Source: Gemmatimonadales bacterium
GTDB lineage: Bacteria; Gemmatimonadota; Gemmatimonadetes; Gemmatimonadales; GWC2-71-9
DNA: 64,000 nt
NCBI GenBank assembly: GCA_035574255.1
Contig: DATLYZ010000002.1
Span: forward strand, 1,440 to 65,439
Direction: 5' to 3'
Part shown: one piece after another, positions 7,968 through 20,263 of the stretch
How the letters are laid out: each line of letters opens with the position of its first letter
Position numbering within the stretch: the stretch's first letter is position 1
Made by a program: the position numbers and the translations under genes
The notes under the pieces: generated by a model
The model's database searches: none
Told to the model about the DNA's origin: nothing
The model's input: only the letters and a program-made list of their open reading frames with translations

Positions 7968-8993
7968 CTACCGACCCCCCTGGCCGCCCGTCAAGCGCTC
8001 CCGCGCCTGGAGCATGCCCACCGCGCCCTTGGTCGCGTCCGCGAAGGCATGCGTCACGAACGGATACGTCCCCGGCTCCGCCAGCCGGATCTCGAAGATC
8101 GCCCCGCCCCCGATCGGCACCAGGGCGGTCTGCACTCCCTCGAGCGTGGGCGCGCTCCGGCCGTCCTCGAAGACCCGCTCGAAGATCCCGCCCACCACGT
8201 GGAACGACGACACCCGGTTCGGCCCGGCGTTGACCACGTAGAAGCGGATCAGCTCCCCGGCCCGCACCACGATCGGGTGTCGGGCGTACTGCGCCGCCCG
8301 CCCGTTGAAGACCACGTAGGCCGGCGCCTGGTCCAGCAGCCGGGCCCAGTCGAGCGAGCGCGCCCCGCCGCCCGCGGCGGCGGCCCCGGGGTAGAACTCG
8401 CTCTGCACCAGCACGAACTCGGCGGCCGGCGGGCGGGGCCGCGCCGGATCCACGATGAGCGCGCCGTACATGCCGTTGGCGATGTGGGCGGCCACCGGCG
8501 CCGTGCCGCAGTGGTACATGAACACCCCGGGCACTCGCGCCACGAAGCGGTAGCGAATCGAGTCGCCCGGCAGGAGGTTCACGTAATACCGGTCCGGCGC
8601 GAGTTCCGCGGCGTGGAAATCCATGCTGTGCGGGATCGGGGCCCGGTTCACCAGGGTGAAGTCCACCGTGTCTCCCTGGGTGACTCGGAGGGTTGGGCCC
8701 GGCGCCGTGCCCCCGAACGTCCAGCCGTCGTAGGTGACGCCCGAGTCCACCGTCAGGACGGCGTGGTGTATCTCCAGCCGCACCCGGTGCAGTCGCTCTC
8801 GACTGGGCGGGGGAGCCTTGGGATCGTGAGGCGGGGGAACCGCCGGGGATCCCACCGGCGCCTCCCCGTGGGAGACGTCGGCCGGCGCGGCGGCGGGAGG
8901 CGGGGCCTGCTCCGCGGCCCGTTCCTCGGGAGGCGCCTGGCGAGGACCGCAGCCGGCGCTCAGGAGGCCGGCCGCGACGAGTATCCGCAGCAC
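7968..8993 (-). CDS. copper-containing nitrite reductase (NirK)-like two-domain cupredoxin lipoprotein
   Basis: ORF 7968..8993, GTG start. Lipobox LLSAGC. HSMDFHAAE matches the NirK HxxDFH T1/T2 copper ligand segment. FMYHCGTAPVAAHIANGMYG matches the HC...H....M type-1 copper site. A second cupredoxin domain ends in YPFVTHAF. An SD-like AAGGAG lies about 27 nt upstream, so the true start may be a few codons upstream. Confidence 0.7.
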   Translation of the reverse strand: MLRILVAAGLLSAGCGPRQAPPEERAAEQAPPPAAAPADVSHGEAPVGSPAVPPPHDPKAPPPSRERLHRVRLEIHHAVLTVDSGVTYDGWTFGGTAPGPTLRVTQGDTVDFTLVNRAPIPHSMDFHAAELAPDRYYVNLLPGDSIRYRFVARVPGVFMYHCGTAPVAAHIANGMYGALIVDPARPRPPAAEFVLVQSEFYPGAAAAGGGARSLDWARLLDQAPAYVVFNGRAAQYARHPIVVRAGELIRFYVVNAGPNRVSSFHVVGGIFERVFEDGRSAPTLEGVQTALVPIGGGAIFEIRLAEPGTYPFVTHAFADATKGAVGMLQARERLTGGQGGR

Positions 8994-9052
8994 GAAGCGT
9001 CTGGCCAGCAGGGCGACACTCCTTTCGAAATCGAGGCTGGGGCCGAATTTCC

Positions 9053-10659
<1,607 letters not shown>

Positions 10660-10723
10660 CTAAACGGATGACGGGCAACGGTGAACGGCACACGGTACGG
10701 GTCAGGGCGAACGGTGAACCCGT

Positions 10724-11446
10724 TCACCCTGGCTCGTCCTTCGCCCCCATGGCTACCATCGCCGCCCGGCACCGGGCGATCAGCGCGTCCCGGTCCTCGT
10801 ACCTGAGGCCCGTGGTGGCGATCGGCGGCCCGATATGCACGGTGATGGGACCGGGACGCGGGCAGCCGGCGCCCTTGGGGAGGATGTCGAAGGTCCCCTC
10901 GATGAAGACCGGGACGACCGGCACCTGCGCCAGGATGGCCAGCACGAAGGGCCCTTTCTTGAAGGGCTGCAGCCGGCCGGTCCGGCTGCGGGTTCCTTCG
11001 GCGAAGATCACGGCCCTGACGCCCTGGCGGACGATCTCGGCGGCCCTGGCGTAGGCCGCAACGGCGGAGGTACGGTCCTTTCGATCAATGGAGATATGAC
11101 CGGCCGCCCGGAGTGCCGGGCCGAAGAACGGGATCCGGGTGAGTTCCTCCTTGGCCACGAAGCGGAGCGGCCCCGGCAGCGCGGTGCAGGCGGCCCAGAC
11201 ATCCACCCAGGATTGATGATTGGCCACGAAGACGCAGGGCCCGAGCCCCGCGAGATGCTCGGCTCCCTGGACCCCCACCGTGAGCCCGTTGGCGCGGAGC
11301 ATGAACCGGCACCAGGCCACGGGCACTTGATCGTAGATCCCGCCCGGCCGATACGGGACCCGCCGCAGCGCGGCCCAGAGCACCCGGGTCGCGTAGTACA
11401 GCACCGAGCCCACCAGGGTGAGCCAGAACCGGATCGCGCGGATCAT
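10724..11446 (-). CDS. plsC: 1-acyl-sn-glycerol-3-phosphate acyltransferase family protein
   Basis: ORF 10724..11446. Carries the HX4D acyltransferase motif ANHQSWVDVW and FAEGTRSRTG. Confidence 0.85.
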   Translation of the reverse strand: MIRAIRFWLTLVGSVLYYATRVLWAALRRVPYRPGGIYDQVPVAWCRFMLRANGLTVGVQGAEHLAGLGPCVFVANHQSWVDVWAACTALPGPLRFVAKEELTRIPFFGPALRAAGHISIDRKDRTSAVAAYARAAEIVRQGVRAVIFAEGTRSRTGRLQPFKKGPFVLAILAQVPVVPVFIEGTFDILPKGAGCPRPGPITVHIGPPIATTGLRYEDRDALIARCRAAMVAMGAKDEPG

Positions 11447-12411
11447 GCGAAGTGGTCGTACCCCTTGAGGGAAAGCTCCGCGCCGTCCAGGCGGAAGGCC
11501 ACGCCCGTGCCGGCGGCCACCTCGCCGATCCGGACCAGCGGAACGCCGGTCTCCCGCTCGACGGCGCGGGCCTGCTCCGGCCCGAACTCGGGCGGCAGTG
11601 CCGCGAGCAGCTCGTAGTCCTCGCCGCCCAGGGCCGCGAACACCGGCGGGGGGAGGCCCGCGGCCGCGGCTTCCGCCGCGGCCGCGGGCGCAACCGGGAG
11701 GCCGGCGAGGTCAACCGTCAGGCGCACACTCGAGGCCGCGGCCAGGTGCCGCGCATCCCCCCCCAGCCCGTCGCTCAGGTCCAGCATGGCGCGGGCGCCG
11801 GCTCGGGCGAGCGCCCGGCCCAGGGCGAGCCGCGGGACGGGATGCGCCAGGGCCCGGCGCGCTTCGGGGTCAGGCTCCCGGCCGGCGAGGAACGCGGCCA
11901 GCGCCGCGCGGGCCCCCCCCAGAGTCCCGCTCACCCAGAGGCCGTCGCCCGGCCTCGCGCCGGCCCGACTTACCGGCCGCTCGGCGCGCCCCACGGCCAC
12001 CACGTCCACGATCAGGCGGTCGGCCCGCGACAGGTCCCCCCCCAGCACCGCCGTCCCCGCAGCCTCCGCGGCCGCGCCGATCCCCCGCGCCAGCTCGTCC
12101 AGCTCCGCCTCGCTGGCGCCGGCCGGAAGCCCCAGGCTCGTGAGGAGCCCTACCGGCACGGCGGCCTCGGCCGCGAGATCGGAGAGCGCGGCCGCGGTGG
12201 CGCGCCACCCGATTTCGCGAAGGGAGAGCCAGTCGCGGCGGAAGTGGACCCCTTCCACCGCGAGGTCCACGCTCAGGACCAGCGCGCCGCCGGGCCAGGC
12301 GAGCACGGCGCAGTCGTCGCCCACCGGACCGGCCTGCGGGCCGAGCGCCGCCACGAGCCGCCGGATCCGATCGAACTCCGGGCCCGGACCGAGGGGGATC
12401 ATCCCCGCCAC
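11443..12411 (-). CDS. thiL: thiamine-monophosphate kinase
   Basis: ORF 11443..12411. AIR-synthase-related fold with GDDCAVL and a DLSDGLGGD-type C-terminal domain. 4-nt overlap with plsC. Confidence 0.85.
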   Translation of the reverse strand: MAGMIPLGPGPEFDRIRRLVAALGPQAGPVGDDCAVLAWPGGALVLSVDLAVEGVHFRRDWLSLREIGWRATAAALSDLAAEAAVPVGLLTSLGLPAGASEAELDELARGIGAAAEAAGTAVLGGDLSRADRLIVDVVAVGRAERPVSRAGARPGDGLWVSGTLGGARAALAAFLAGREPDPEARRALAHPVPRLALGRALARAGARAMLDLSDGLGGDARHLAAASSVRLTVDLAGLPVAPAAAAEAAAAGLPPPVFAALGGEDYELLAALPPEFGPEQARAVERETGVPLVRIGEVAAGTGVAFRLDGAELSLKGYDHFA

Positions 12412-12447
12412 CCGCCGGCCGTCAGGCGGACCACTCCGGCGGCCGGC

Positions 12448-14022
12448 CTATCGCGGCACGGCATCGAGCCTGAACCGGACCAGCCCCTGGGTGGTACCCA
12501 CCCACAGGTAGGTCTCGTCGGCAGCGAGATCGGTGACCGGTCCCGGCAGGTCGCCCGGTGTGAGGGTGGGCCGGCCGGGCGGCGTGGTAAGGCCCAGCCG
12601 CACGAATCCCCGCTCGCCGGCGACGAAGAGCTCGGCCGGCGTGCTGAGCAGCGTGTGCACCCGGCCCACCACGTTGCCCAGCGCGGGGCCGAGGGCGTAG
12701 AGCCCCGACCCGGGGTCGCGCCAGAGCAGGCGGTCCTCGAGCAGCGCCACCAGGGTATCGCCGCGCCAGGCGAGGTCGTACACTGGGGCCTGGAGGGAGG
12801 GCGCCTCGCGGAGCCCCGCCGGCTGCTGGAGCTCGCGCTCGCCGGGCAGTGCCCTGAAGAGGCCCAGCCGGGTGCCCACCCACACCGTGTCCCCGGGCCC
12901 CAGGAGCACCGCGCGGGCCTCGTCGCTGAAGTCGGGCGCCAGGCGTTCCGGCTCGCCCGAGTCGGCGGCCACGACCAGGCCGTGGGCCAGCCCGGCGACG
13001 ACCCGGCCCCGCCGGGCCGCGAGGTCGAGCACGCGGCTGTCCGGCAATCCCCGACTCTCGTCGAACGCTGTCACGTCCTCCGACTTGGGGACGATGCGAA
13101 TGAGCCCGGCGTCGGTGCCGAGCCAGAGCGCGCTTCCCTGGCCCACGAGCGCCCGTGCCTGACTGAACGGCAGGCCGCGGATCCAGGAGCCCTGGAGCCA
13201 CTGGAACTCGTCCAGGCGGGCGCTCACGAAGCTCAGGCTCGGATCGCTGGCCGCCGTCCGCTCGGTCACGACCCACACACCGGTCGGCGCCGCGTACACC
13301 GCCGCGACGGCGGCACCGGGAAGCCCGAAGCGGAGGCGTTCCGGGAGGGCGGCCCCTTCCGCGAGATAGAGGAGGCCCGCGCCCGCCGTCCCCAGGTACC
13401 AGCCCCGGCCCGCGAACCCGCTGGCGGCCGCCGCCGCCGTGTAGCGCGCGCTCCGGAGCCGGCCGGCCGTGAGGATGGCGGCGCGGTTCGCCTCGAGCGC
13501 GGGGTTGGCGCGGATGGCGTCGTTCACGCTGGCGGGCCGGAGCGGGCGAGCGGGCGCTGCGCCCGGCGTGGCCACCTCGCTCCCGCTCGGGACCGTGTAC
13601 CACCCGGCCCCGGTGCGCAGGAACAGGCCCCCGAGCGGGTTGTCCTGGTCGAGCGCTATGTCGAGCACGTTCCCGGGCACCGGGCCGCCGGCCCAGAGGC
13701 GGAGCTGGACCTCGAACCGGGTCCAGCCGTCGCGGCGGCCCAGCCAGAGTGCCTGATCCAGCGGGTCGGCGAGGGCCGCGAAGACCCCTTGCAAGAGCCG
13801 CCCGTCGGGCGGGGTATAGGGGCCTTGCCAGCGGCGGGCCGGCGGGTTCCAGACCACCACGGCGGTGGGGGTGACCGCGAAGACCAGATCGTTCGAGACG
13901 GCCACGGCGGTGATCGTGGTGAAGTCGCCGATGACGGCACGGTCCTCGGGGGCCCAGTCCCGGGTCTGGGCGGCCGCGGGCGCGCGGGCCAGCGCGGGCA
14001 GGAGCCCCAGCGCGAGCGGCAC
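12448..14022 (-). CDS. secreted beta-propeller protein with two-component-regulator-propeller (Reg_prop)-like repeats
   Basis: ORF 12448..14169. Recurrent blades ALWLGTDAGLIRI, TVWVGTRLGLFRA, YLWVGTTQGLVRF and ELFVAGERGFVRL. Signal-like LTRVVPLALGLLPALARAPAAAQ. The start is uncertain: GTG 14169 would overlap nnr by 88 nt, so I list GTG 14022; CTG 14034 is also possible. Confidence 0.6.
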   Translation of the reverse strand: MPLALGLLPALARAPAAAQTRDWAPEDRAVIGDFTTITAVAVSNDLVFAVTPTAVVVWNPPARRWQGPYTPPDGRLLQGVFAALADPLDQALWLGRRDGWTRFEVQLRLWAGGPVPGNVLDIALDQDNPLGGLFLRTGAGWYTVPSGSEVATPGAAPARPLRPASVNDAIRANPALEANRAAILTAGRLRSARYTAAAAASGFAGRGWYLGTAGAGLLYLAEGAALPERLRFGLPGAAVAAVYAAPTGVWVVTERTAASDPSLSFVSARLDEFQWLQGSWIRGLPFSQARALVGQGSALWLGTDAGLIRIVPKSEDVTAFDESRGLPDSRVLDLAARRGRVVAGLAHGLVVAADSGEPERLAPDFSDEARAVLLGPGDTVWVGTRLGLFRALPGERELQQPAGLREAPSLQAPVYDLAWRGDTLVALLEDRLLWRDPGSGLYALGPALGNVVGRVHTLLSTPAELFVAGERGFVRLGLTTPPGRPTLTPGDLPGPVTDLAADETYLWVGTTQGLVRFRLDAVPR

Positions 14023-14081
14023 GACCCTTGTCAGGCTCGGCCCAGCGGCCCCCCATCCGATCGGTCCCGCTCGCCGGCCCC

Positions 14082-15638
14082 TTACCACCGCTGCGGTCCC
14101 TCCAGCTCGTACAGCACCGGCGGCCGCGGCGCCGGCGGCACGCGAGCCGACGCCTCCCAGCTCCGCCACAAGTCAGGCAGGGCGGCGATCACGTCCATGG
14201 GCCGGAGGGCTCGGGCCGTCACCCGGCGGGCCGCGAGGTCCGCCGCCCGACCCAGGATCTGGGCGCCCAGGGCCGCGGCGGTCGCCGGCTCGAGCGCCTG
14301 GGCCAGCAGGGTCCCGATGAGGCCGCTCAACACATCGCCGCTCCCTCCCGTGGCGAGCCCCGGGTTCCCGGCCGCCACCGTCCAGACGGCCCGTCCCCGC
14401 TCCGCGATGACGCTCGGGACCCCCTTGAGGAGCACGGTCCCGCCGCAATCCTGCGCCGCGAGGGCGGCGGCTTCCCACGGATCGTGCTCCAGCGAGCCCG
14501 CACGGCCGGGAAAGAGCCGCCGGAACTCGCCGGGATGGGGGGTGAGGACCAGGGCGCGTCCGGCGGCCAGGCGCCGCAGGGTGTCCTCCGCCCCCTGGAA
14601 GGCATTGAGCCCGTCGGCGTCAATGACGGCCCGCCGGACCCGCTCCAGCACCGCCGTCACGAACTCCAGCCGCCCGGCACCGCGGCCGAGCCCCGGCCCC
14701 ACGACCACGGCGTCGGCGCCGGCCAGGAGATCGAGCAGGCGGCCGGCGAGCGGCTGATCGAACTCCTGGATCGCGGTCTGGAGATCGGGCTCGGCCTGCA
14801 CCAGCGCCGCCACGGTGTCGCGCGGGGCGGCGGCGAAGACGAGGCCCGCCCCGGCGCCGAACGCGGCGCGCGCGGCCAGCCGGAGCGCGCCGGTCATCCC
14901 GGCATCGCCCCCGATCACCACCACCCGCCCCCGCCGTCCCTTGTGGTCCCGGGCCTTGAGCGGCGGTAGCCACGTCGCGGCCTCCAGGTCGCTGACCAGC
15001 CGGGGCACGTCAGGCGGGGGAGGCGGATGGCCGATGTCCACCACGACCACCTCGCCGGCCTCTTCCCGGGCCAGCAGGTGTCCGCGGCGCACGCCGCCGA
15101 AGGTGACCGAAACGGCGGCCCGCACGGCGGGCCCGCGCGTGACCCCGGTGGAGAGGTCCACTCCGGTCGGGCCGTCCACGGCGACGATCGGCACCGCCAG
15201 ATCGAGCAGCCGCTCGACCAGCGCCTGCACCGGAGGCCGGAGCGCCCCCTCCGCCCCCGTGCCGAGCAGGGCATCGAGGGCCAGACCGACCGCGGGCCAG
15301 GGGCCGTCCGGCTCGACCACGCGCACGCCCTCCGCGCGGGCGAGGCCGCTCATCCGGCGGCAGAGCGGCGAGCCCTCCCCGGGGAGCGGGGCCACGAACA
15401 CCGGCACCCCCGCGCGATGCAAGGCGCGGGCGGCCACCCAGCCGTCCCCGCCGTTGTTGCCCGTACCGGCGGCGACCAGGACACCGCTCCGGAGCCGATC
15501 CGGGAACCGCGCTGCGGCGACCGCCGCCACCGCCCGCCCCGCGGCATCCATCAGGGTGGCGAGCTCGATGCCGGCCGCGTCCGCCTGACGGTCCCACTCG
15601 GCGGATTGTCGGGGAGACAGGACGGGGATGGGAGGCAT
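14082..15638 (-). CDS. nnr: bifunctional NAD(P)H-hydrate repair enzyme (epimerase / ADP-dependent dehydratase)
   Basis: ORF 14082..15749, trimmed to ATG 15636..15638. YjeF_N motif AAGTGNNGGDGWVAAR, plus a C-terminal carbohydrate-kinase motif GGSGDVLSGLIG. Confidence 0.9.
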   Translation of the reverse strand: MPPIPVLSPRQSAEWDRQADAAGIELATLMDAAGRAVAAVAAARFPDRLRSGVLVAAGTGNNGGDGWVAARALHRAGVPVFVAPLPGEGSPLCRRMSGLARAEGVRVVEPDGPWPAVGLALDALLGTGAEGALRPPVQALVERLLDLAVPIVAVDGPTGVDLSTGVTRGPAVRAAVSVTFGGVRRGHLLAREEAGEVVVVDIGHPPPPPDVPRLVSDLEAATWLPPLKARDHKGRRGRVVVIGGDAGMTGALRLAARAAFGAGAGLVFAAAPRDTVAALVQAEPDLQTAIQEFDQPLAGRLLDLLAGADAVVVGPGLGRGAGRLEFVTAVLERVRRAVIDADGLNAFQGAEDTLRRLAAGRALVLTPHPGEFRRLFPGRAGSLEHDPWEAAALAAQDCGGTVLLKGVPSVIAERGRAVWTVAAGNPGLATGGSGDVLSGLIGTLLAQALEPATAAALGAQILGRAADLAARRVTARALRPMDVIAALPDLWRSWEASARVPPAPRPPVLYELEGPQRW

Positions 15639-15793
15639 GGGTGATCGCGCGGGGCGCGCCGGCGGCCGGCGCCGCCGTCGTTCACGACGCGGGCGGGATC
15701 GGGGGCTGGCAAGGAATGGCCGGGGCCGGGCGCGGCCCCGACCCCTCACCCGTCGGCCAGTCGCCCGTCACGGGCGCCCGACCGCCGCCGGAC

Positions 15794-15988
15794 TCACTTG
15801 AACGACGGCCCGATGGTGCGGCCGATGGAGATCTCGCCGTTGTCAATCCGGATGTTGAACCCGCACTCGGGATTGGTGCAGACCCAGGCCTTGTAGGTGA
15901 TGGGCGCGCCGTCCCGCCCGTAGTCGGAGAGCGGAATCAGCGTGCCCTGGGTGCACTTCCGGCAGGCCGGCAACTCGCTGAGCTCCAT
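15794..15988 (-). CDS. small zinc-ribbon protein (64 aa, hypothetical)
   Basis: In-frame ATG inside ORF 15794..16102 gives MELSELPACRKCTQGTLIPLSDYGRDGAPITYKAWVCTNPECGFNIRIDNGEISIGRTIGPSFK, with two CxxC knuckles. It starts 20 nt after the stop of the upstream gene. Confidence 0.5.
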   Translation of the reverse strand: MELSELPACRKCTQGTLIPLSDYGRDGAPITYKAWVCTNPECGFNIRIDNGEISIGRTIGPSFK

Positions 15989-16007
15989 ACGCCCCTCTGT
16001 CCGCGCC

Positions 16008-16418
16008 TTAGCCCCGGAGCGGTCCGCCCGGCCCCAGCGCCGCCACCCCGTCCCACGAGTACGGCTCGCCGAACGCGGCACCGAAGTCGTACACGCCGGC
16101 AAAATCCTCCTCGCGGTCGGTGGGCTGGGTGATGAGCAGCCCCGCGCGAACCAGCACGAAGACGATGCGGCCGAAATCCTCGGTTCGGGTGACCCCCCAG
16201 TACTCGAGCACCCGGGGGGCGAGGAGCCCGAACTGCTGGAGGGCGAAGTCGCGGCAGGCCCACGCCAGCTCGGGACCGGTCACATGCCGCCTCACCTCCA
16301 GCCGCGACTGGAGAAACTCGATCGCCGCGAGCACGAAGAGATAGGCGCGCTCGTGATACCGGTCGTCGAAGGACCGGATCCGGCTCAGGATATCCGTCGA
16401 GAACTGGAGGTCGTTCAT
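16008..16418 (-). CDS. conserved hypothetical protein (Minf_1886/TIGR04138-like by recollection)
   Basis: ORF 16008..16418, ATG start, 136 aa, with good GC3. Contains RHVTGPELAWACRDFALQQFGLLAPRVLEYWGVTRTEDFGRIVFVLVRAGLL...DFAGVYDF. The family assignment is from memory only. Confidence 0.55.
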   Translation of the reverse strand: MNDLQFSTDILSRIRSFDDRYHERAYLFVLAAIEFLQSRLEVRRHVTGPELAWACRDFALQQFGLLAPRVLEYWGVTRTEDFGRIVFVLVRAGLLITQPTDREEDFAGVYDFGAAFGEPYSWDGVAALGPGGPLRG

Positions 16419-16475
16419 GCGCTCGCTTGGGACCGCCGATGATCCAGCGAAGCTAGACGGCGGTCCCCGAGAGCG

Positions 16476-17735
16476 TCAAGCGCGGCGGGGCCGGTAGAGG
16501 GGGAACCGGTCCGTGAGGTCGCGGACTTCCCCGCGCACCCGGGCGAGCGTCTCCTCGCCCGGACTGGACAGGACCTCGTCAATGAGCCTCGCGATCCGCT
16601 CCATCTCGGCCTTCCCCATCCCGCGGGTGGTGAGGGCCGGGGTGCCGAGCCGCATCCCGCTCGTCACGAAGGGCTTCTGCGGGTCGTTGGGGATCGCGTT
16701 CTTGTTGACCGTGATCCCGGCCCGCCCGAGCAGTTCCTCGGCCGCCTTGCCGGTCATGTGCTTGGGGCGGAGGTCCACCAGCATGAGGTGCGTGTCGGTC
16801 CCGCCCGAGACGATCTCGAACCCCCGGGCCAGGAGTGCCGAGGCCAGGGTCTTGGCATTCTCCACCACCCGCCGGGCGTAGCGCCTGAAATCGTCGGTGA
16901 GAGCCTCGCCGAAGGCCACCGCCTTCGCCGCGATGACGTGCTGGAGCGGGCCGCCCTGGTGCCCCGGAAAGACCGACTTGTCCACCGCCTGGGCCAGCTC
17001 CTGCTGGCAGAGGATGAAGCCGGCCCGCGGCCCTCGGAGCGTTTTGTGGGTGGTGCTGGTCACGATCTGCGCATGCGGCACCGGCGAGGGGTAGAGCCCA
17101 CCCGCCACCAGTCCCGCGAAGTGCGCCATGTCCACCAGCAACACGGCCCCGACCTCGTCGGCAATGGACCGGAAGGCGGCGAAATCGATGATCCGGGCGT
17201 ACGCGCTGCCGCCCGCGATGATGAGCCGGGGCCGCTCCTGCCGTGCCAGGCTGCGCACCTGGTCGTAGTCAATCCGCCCGGTGGCCGGGTCCACTCCGTA
17301 ATGGACCGCCCGCCAGACCTTGCCGCTGTGGTTCACCGCAGCCCCGTGCGAGAGGTGCCCGCCGTGGGCCAGCGACATGCCCATGATGGTCTCGCCCGGC
17401 GGCACCACCGCCATGAACGCGGCGAAATTGGCCTGGGCCCCGGAGTGCGGCTGCACATTGGCATGGTCGGCCCCGAAGAGCCGCTTGGCCCGGTCAATGG
17501 CGAGCTGCTCCACCTGGTCCACGATCTCGCAGCCGCCGTAGTACCGCTTGCCCGGGTACCCCTCCGCGTACTTGTTGGTGAGGGGGGTCCCCATCGCGTC
17601 AATCACCGCGCGGCTGGCAAAGTTCTCGCTCGCGATGAGTTCCAGGCCGCTCTGTTGCCGGCGCAGCTCGGCGTCGATCAGCGCCGCCACCTGGGGATCG
17701 GCCTGTCGCAGGGAAGCATTGTGGTCCAGCGTCAT
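16476..17735 (-). CDS. glyA: serine hydroxymethyltransferase
   Basis: ORF 16476..17978, trimmed to ATG 17733..17735 (ATGA overlap with the rpiB stop). Contains [14 protein letters not shown], the PLP-Lys segment [13 protein letters not shown], and GGHLSHG. Confidence 0.95.
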   Translation of the reverse strand: MTLDHNASLRQADPQVAALIDAELRRQQSGLELIASENFASRAVIDAMGTPLTNKYAEGYPGKRYYGGCEIVDQVEQLAIDRAKRLFGADHANVQPHSGAQANFAAFMAVVPPGETIMGMSLAHGGHLSHGAAVNHSGKVWRAVHYGVDPATGRIDYDQVRSLARQERPRLIIAGGSAYARIIDFAAFRSIADEVGAVLLVDMAHFAGLVAGGLYPSPVPHAQIVTSTTHKTLRGPRAGFILCQQELAQAVDKSVFPGHQGGPLQHVIAAKAVAFGEALTDDFRRYARRVVENAKTLASALLARGFEIVSGGTDTHLMLVDLRPKHMTGKAAEELLGRAGITVNKNAIPNDPQKPFVTSGMRLGTPALTTRGMGKAEMERIARLIDEVLSSPGEETLARVRGEVRDLTDRFPLYRPRRA

Positions 17736-18175
17736 TCCTCGTCCTTGTCGATCTTGCGGATCCGGCGCTCGTGCCGCCCGCCCTCGAACGGTGTTTCCAG
17801 CCACGCCTTGAGAATCTCGACCCCCTGGTCGCCGCTCACGAACCGGGCCGGCAGCACCAACACGTTGGCATCGTTGTGCGACCGCGCGAGCCGCGCGATC
17901 TCCGGCGACCAGGCCACGGCGGCCCGCACCCCCGGATGGCGGTTGGCGGCGGTCGCCATCCCCTGCCCGGTCCCGCACAACAGCACCCCGCGGCGGGCCT
18001 CGCCTCGGGCGATCCGGGCGGCGACCGGGTGGGCATAGTCCGGATAGTCGGTGGAGTCCGCCGAGTAGGTGCCCAGGTCCAGCGGCTCGTAGCCCAGGCG
18101 CTTCAGTTCGGCCTTGAGCCGCTCCTTCAGCTCAAACCCGGCATGGTCGGCGCCGATGGGAATGACTTCGGACAC
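17732..18175 (-). CDS. rpiB: ribose-5-phosphate isomerase B
   Basis: ORF 17732..18175, GTG start. Contains [37 protein letters not shown] and [12 protein letters not shown]. Confidence 0.9.
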   Translation of the reverse strand: MSEVIPIGADHAGFELKERLKAELKRLGYEPLDLGTYSADSTDYPDYAHPVAARIARGEARRGVLLCGTGQGMATAANRHPGVRAAVAWSPEIARLARSHNDANVLVLPARFVSGDQGVEILKAWLETPFEGGRHERRIRKIDKDEE

Positions 18176-18196
18176 GGGAGAGTTTACCTCGCCCTG

Positions 18197-18229
18197 AATA
18201 AAAATACAACCACCCCGGGGGCCCCGGTG
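18197..18229 (-). terminator. putative intrinsic terminator after the Leu/Val dehydrogenase gene
   Basis: On the minus strand, the imperfect GC hairpin CACCGGGGCCCCCGGGGTGG is followed directly by TTGTATTTTTATT. This is the most AT-rich stretch in the window. It lies about 40 nt after the stop at 18269 and before the rpiB start. Confidence 0.4.
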
Positions 18230-18268
18230 CAGGATGCCCGGCGGGAGGGCCCGTCCATCGCTTGCCGC

Positions 18269-19354
18269 TCAGCGGGTCCCGTTCCGCGTTGCCCCCACCC
18301 GGATCCCCGCCACCGCGCCCACCGCCCCGATCCGCTGCTCCGCCAGCCGGTCCGCGGCGCGGTAGGTGGGAATCCCCTCGCGCGCGGCCATCTGGAAGAT
18401 CGAGAGCAGCGTGTCGTAGATCTGGTCCGCCTTGCGCTTGGCGCGGTCGGTGTCCCAGCCCATGAGCTCCCCGAAGACGTTGATGACGCCGCCCGCGTTG
18501 ATCACGTAATCCGGCGCGTAGAGCAGGCCGCGCCGCTCGAGCTCGTCGCCGTGCCGCTCCTCGGCGAGCTGGTTGTTGGCGCCGCCGGCGATGATCTCGA
18601 CCTTGAGCCGCGCGAGCGTCGCGTCGTTCACCGTGGCGCCCAGCGCGTTCGGCGAATAGATGTCGCCGGGTTCGTCGTAGATGGCCTCGGGCGCCACCGC
18701 CCGGGCGCCGGTCGCCTGCACCACCCGCCGCACCTTGTCCTCGTCGAGGTCGGTGACCACGAGCCGGGCGCCTTCCTTCTGAAGGTAGTCGCAGAGGTGG
18801 CGGGCCACGTTCCCGCACCCCTGGACCAGGACCCGCTTGCCGGCCAGGCTGTCCGAACCCCAGCGCTGCCGCGCACACGCCTTCATCCCCACGTACACCC
18901 CGTACGCCGTGACCGGCGAGGGGTCGCCGGAGCGGCCGTGCAGCCCCGCGACGTGGCGGGTCTCCATCCGCACGTACTCCATGTCGGCGGGGCTCGTCCC
19001 CACGTCCTCCGCCGTGATGTAGCGGCCGCCCAGCGACTCGATGAACCGCCCATGGGCGCGGAACAGCGCCTCGCGGTCGCGCCGTTTGTTGTCGCCCACG
19101 ATCACCGCCTTGCCGCCGCCCAGATTGAGCCCGGCCACCGCGGACTTGTACGTCATCCCGCGGGCCAGGCGCAGGGCGTCGAGGACGGCCTCCTCCGTGG
19201 ACGCGTACTGCCAGAACCGGGTGCCGCCGAGCGCCGGCCCCAGCGTGGTATCGTGAATGGCGATGATGCCGAAGTACCCGCACGACGGCTCGTGGCCGAA
19301 CACCAGTTGCTCGTGCGCGTAGCGCTGCATGGCGGAAAAGACGTCCATGTTCAC
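18269..19354 (-). CDS. Leu/Val/Phe-type amino-acid dehydrogenase (leucine dehydrogenase-like)
   Basis: ORF 18269..19354, 361 aa. Contains GPALGGTRFWQY, AVAGLNLGGGKAVI (catalytic Lys region) and the Rossmann motif VQGCGNVARHL. Confidence 0.85.
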   Translation of the reverse strand: MNMDVFSAMQRYAHEQLVFGHEPSCGYFGIIAIHDTTLGPALGGTRFWQYASTEEAVLDALRLARGMTYKSAVAGLNLGGGKAVIVGDNKRRDREALFRAHGRFIESLGGRYITAEDVGTSPADMEYVRMETRHVAGLHGRSGDPSPVTAYGVYVGMKACARQRWGSDSLAGKRVLVQGCGNVARHLCDYLQKEGARLVVTDLDEDKVRRVVQATGARAVAPEAIYDEPGDIYSPNALGATVNDATLARLKVEIIAGGANNQLAEERHGDELERRGLLYAPDYVINAGGVINVFGELMGWDTDRAKRKADQIYDTLLSIFQMAAREGIPTYRAADRLAEQRIGAVGAVAGIRVGATRNGTR

Positions 19355-19423
19355 CCCGGACGGGAGCCCGCGATCGGCGGAGGGCGGAACCGTCCAGCGC
19401 CGTCCCGCGAGCCGCCGACCCTT

Positions 19424-20262
<839 letters not shown>

Positions 20263-20263
<1 letters not shown>

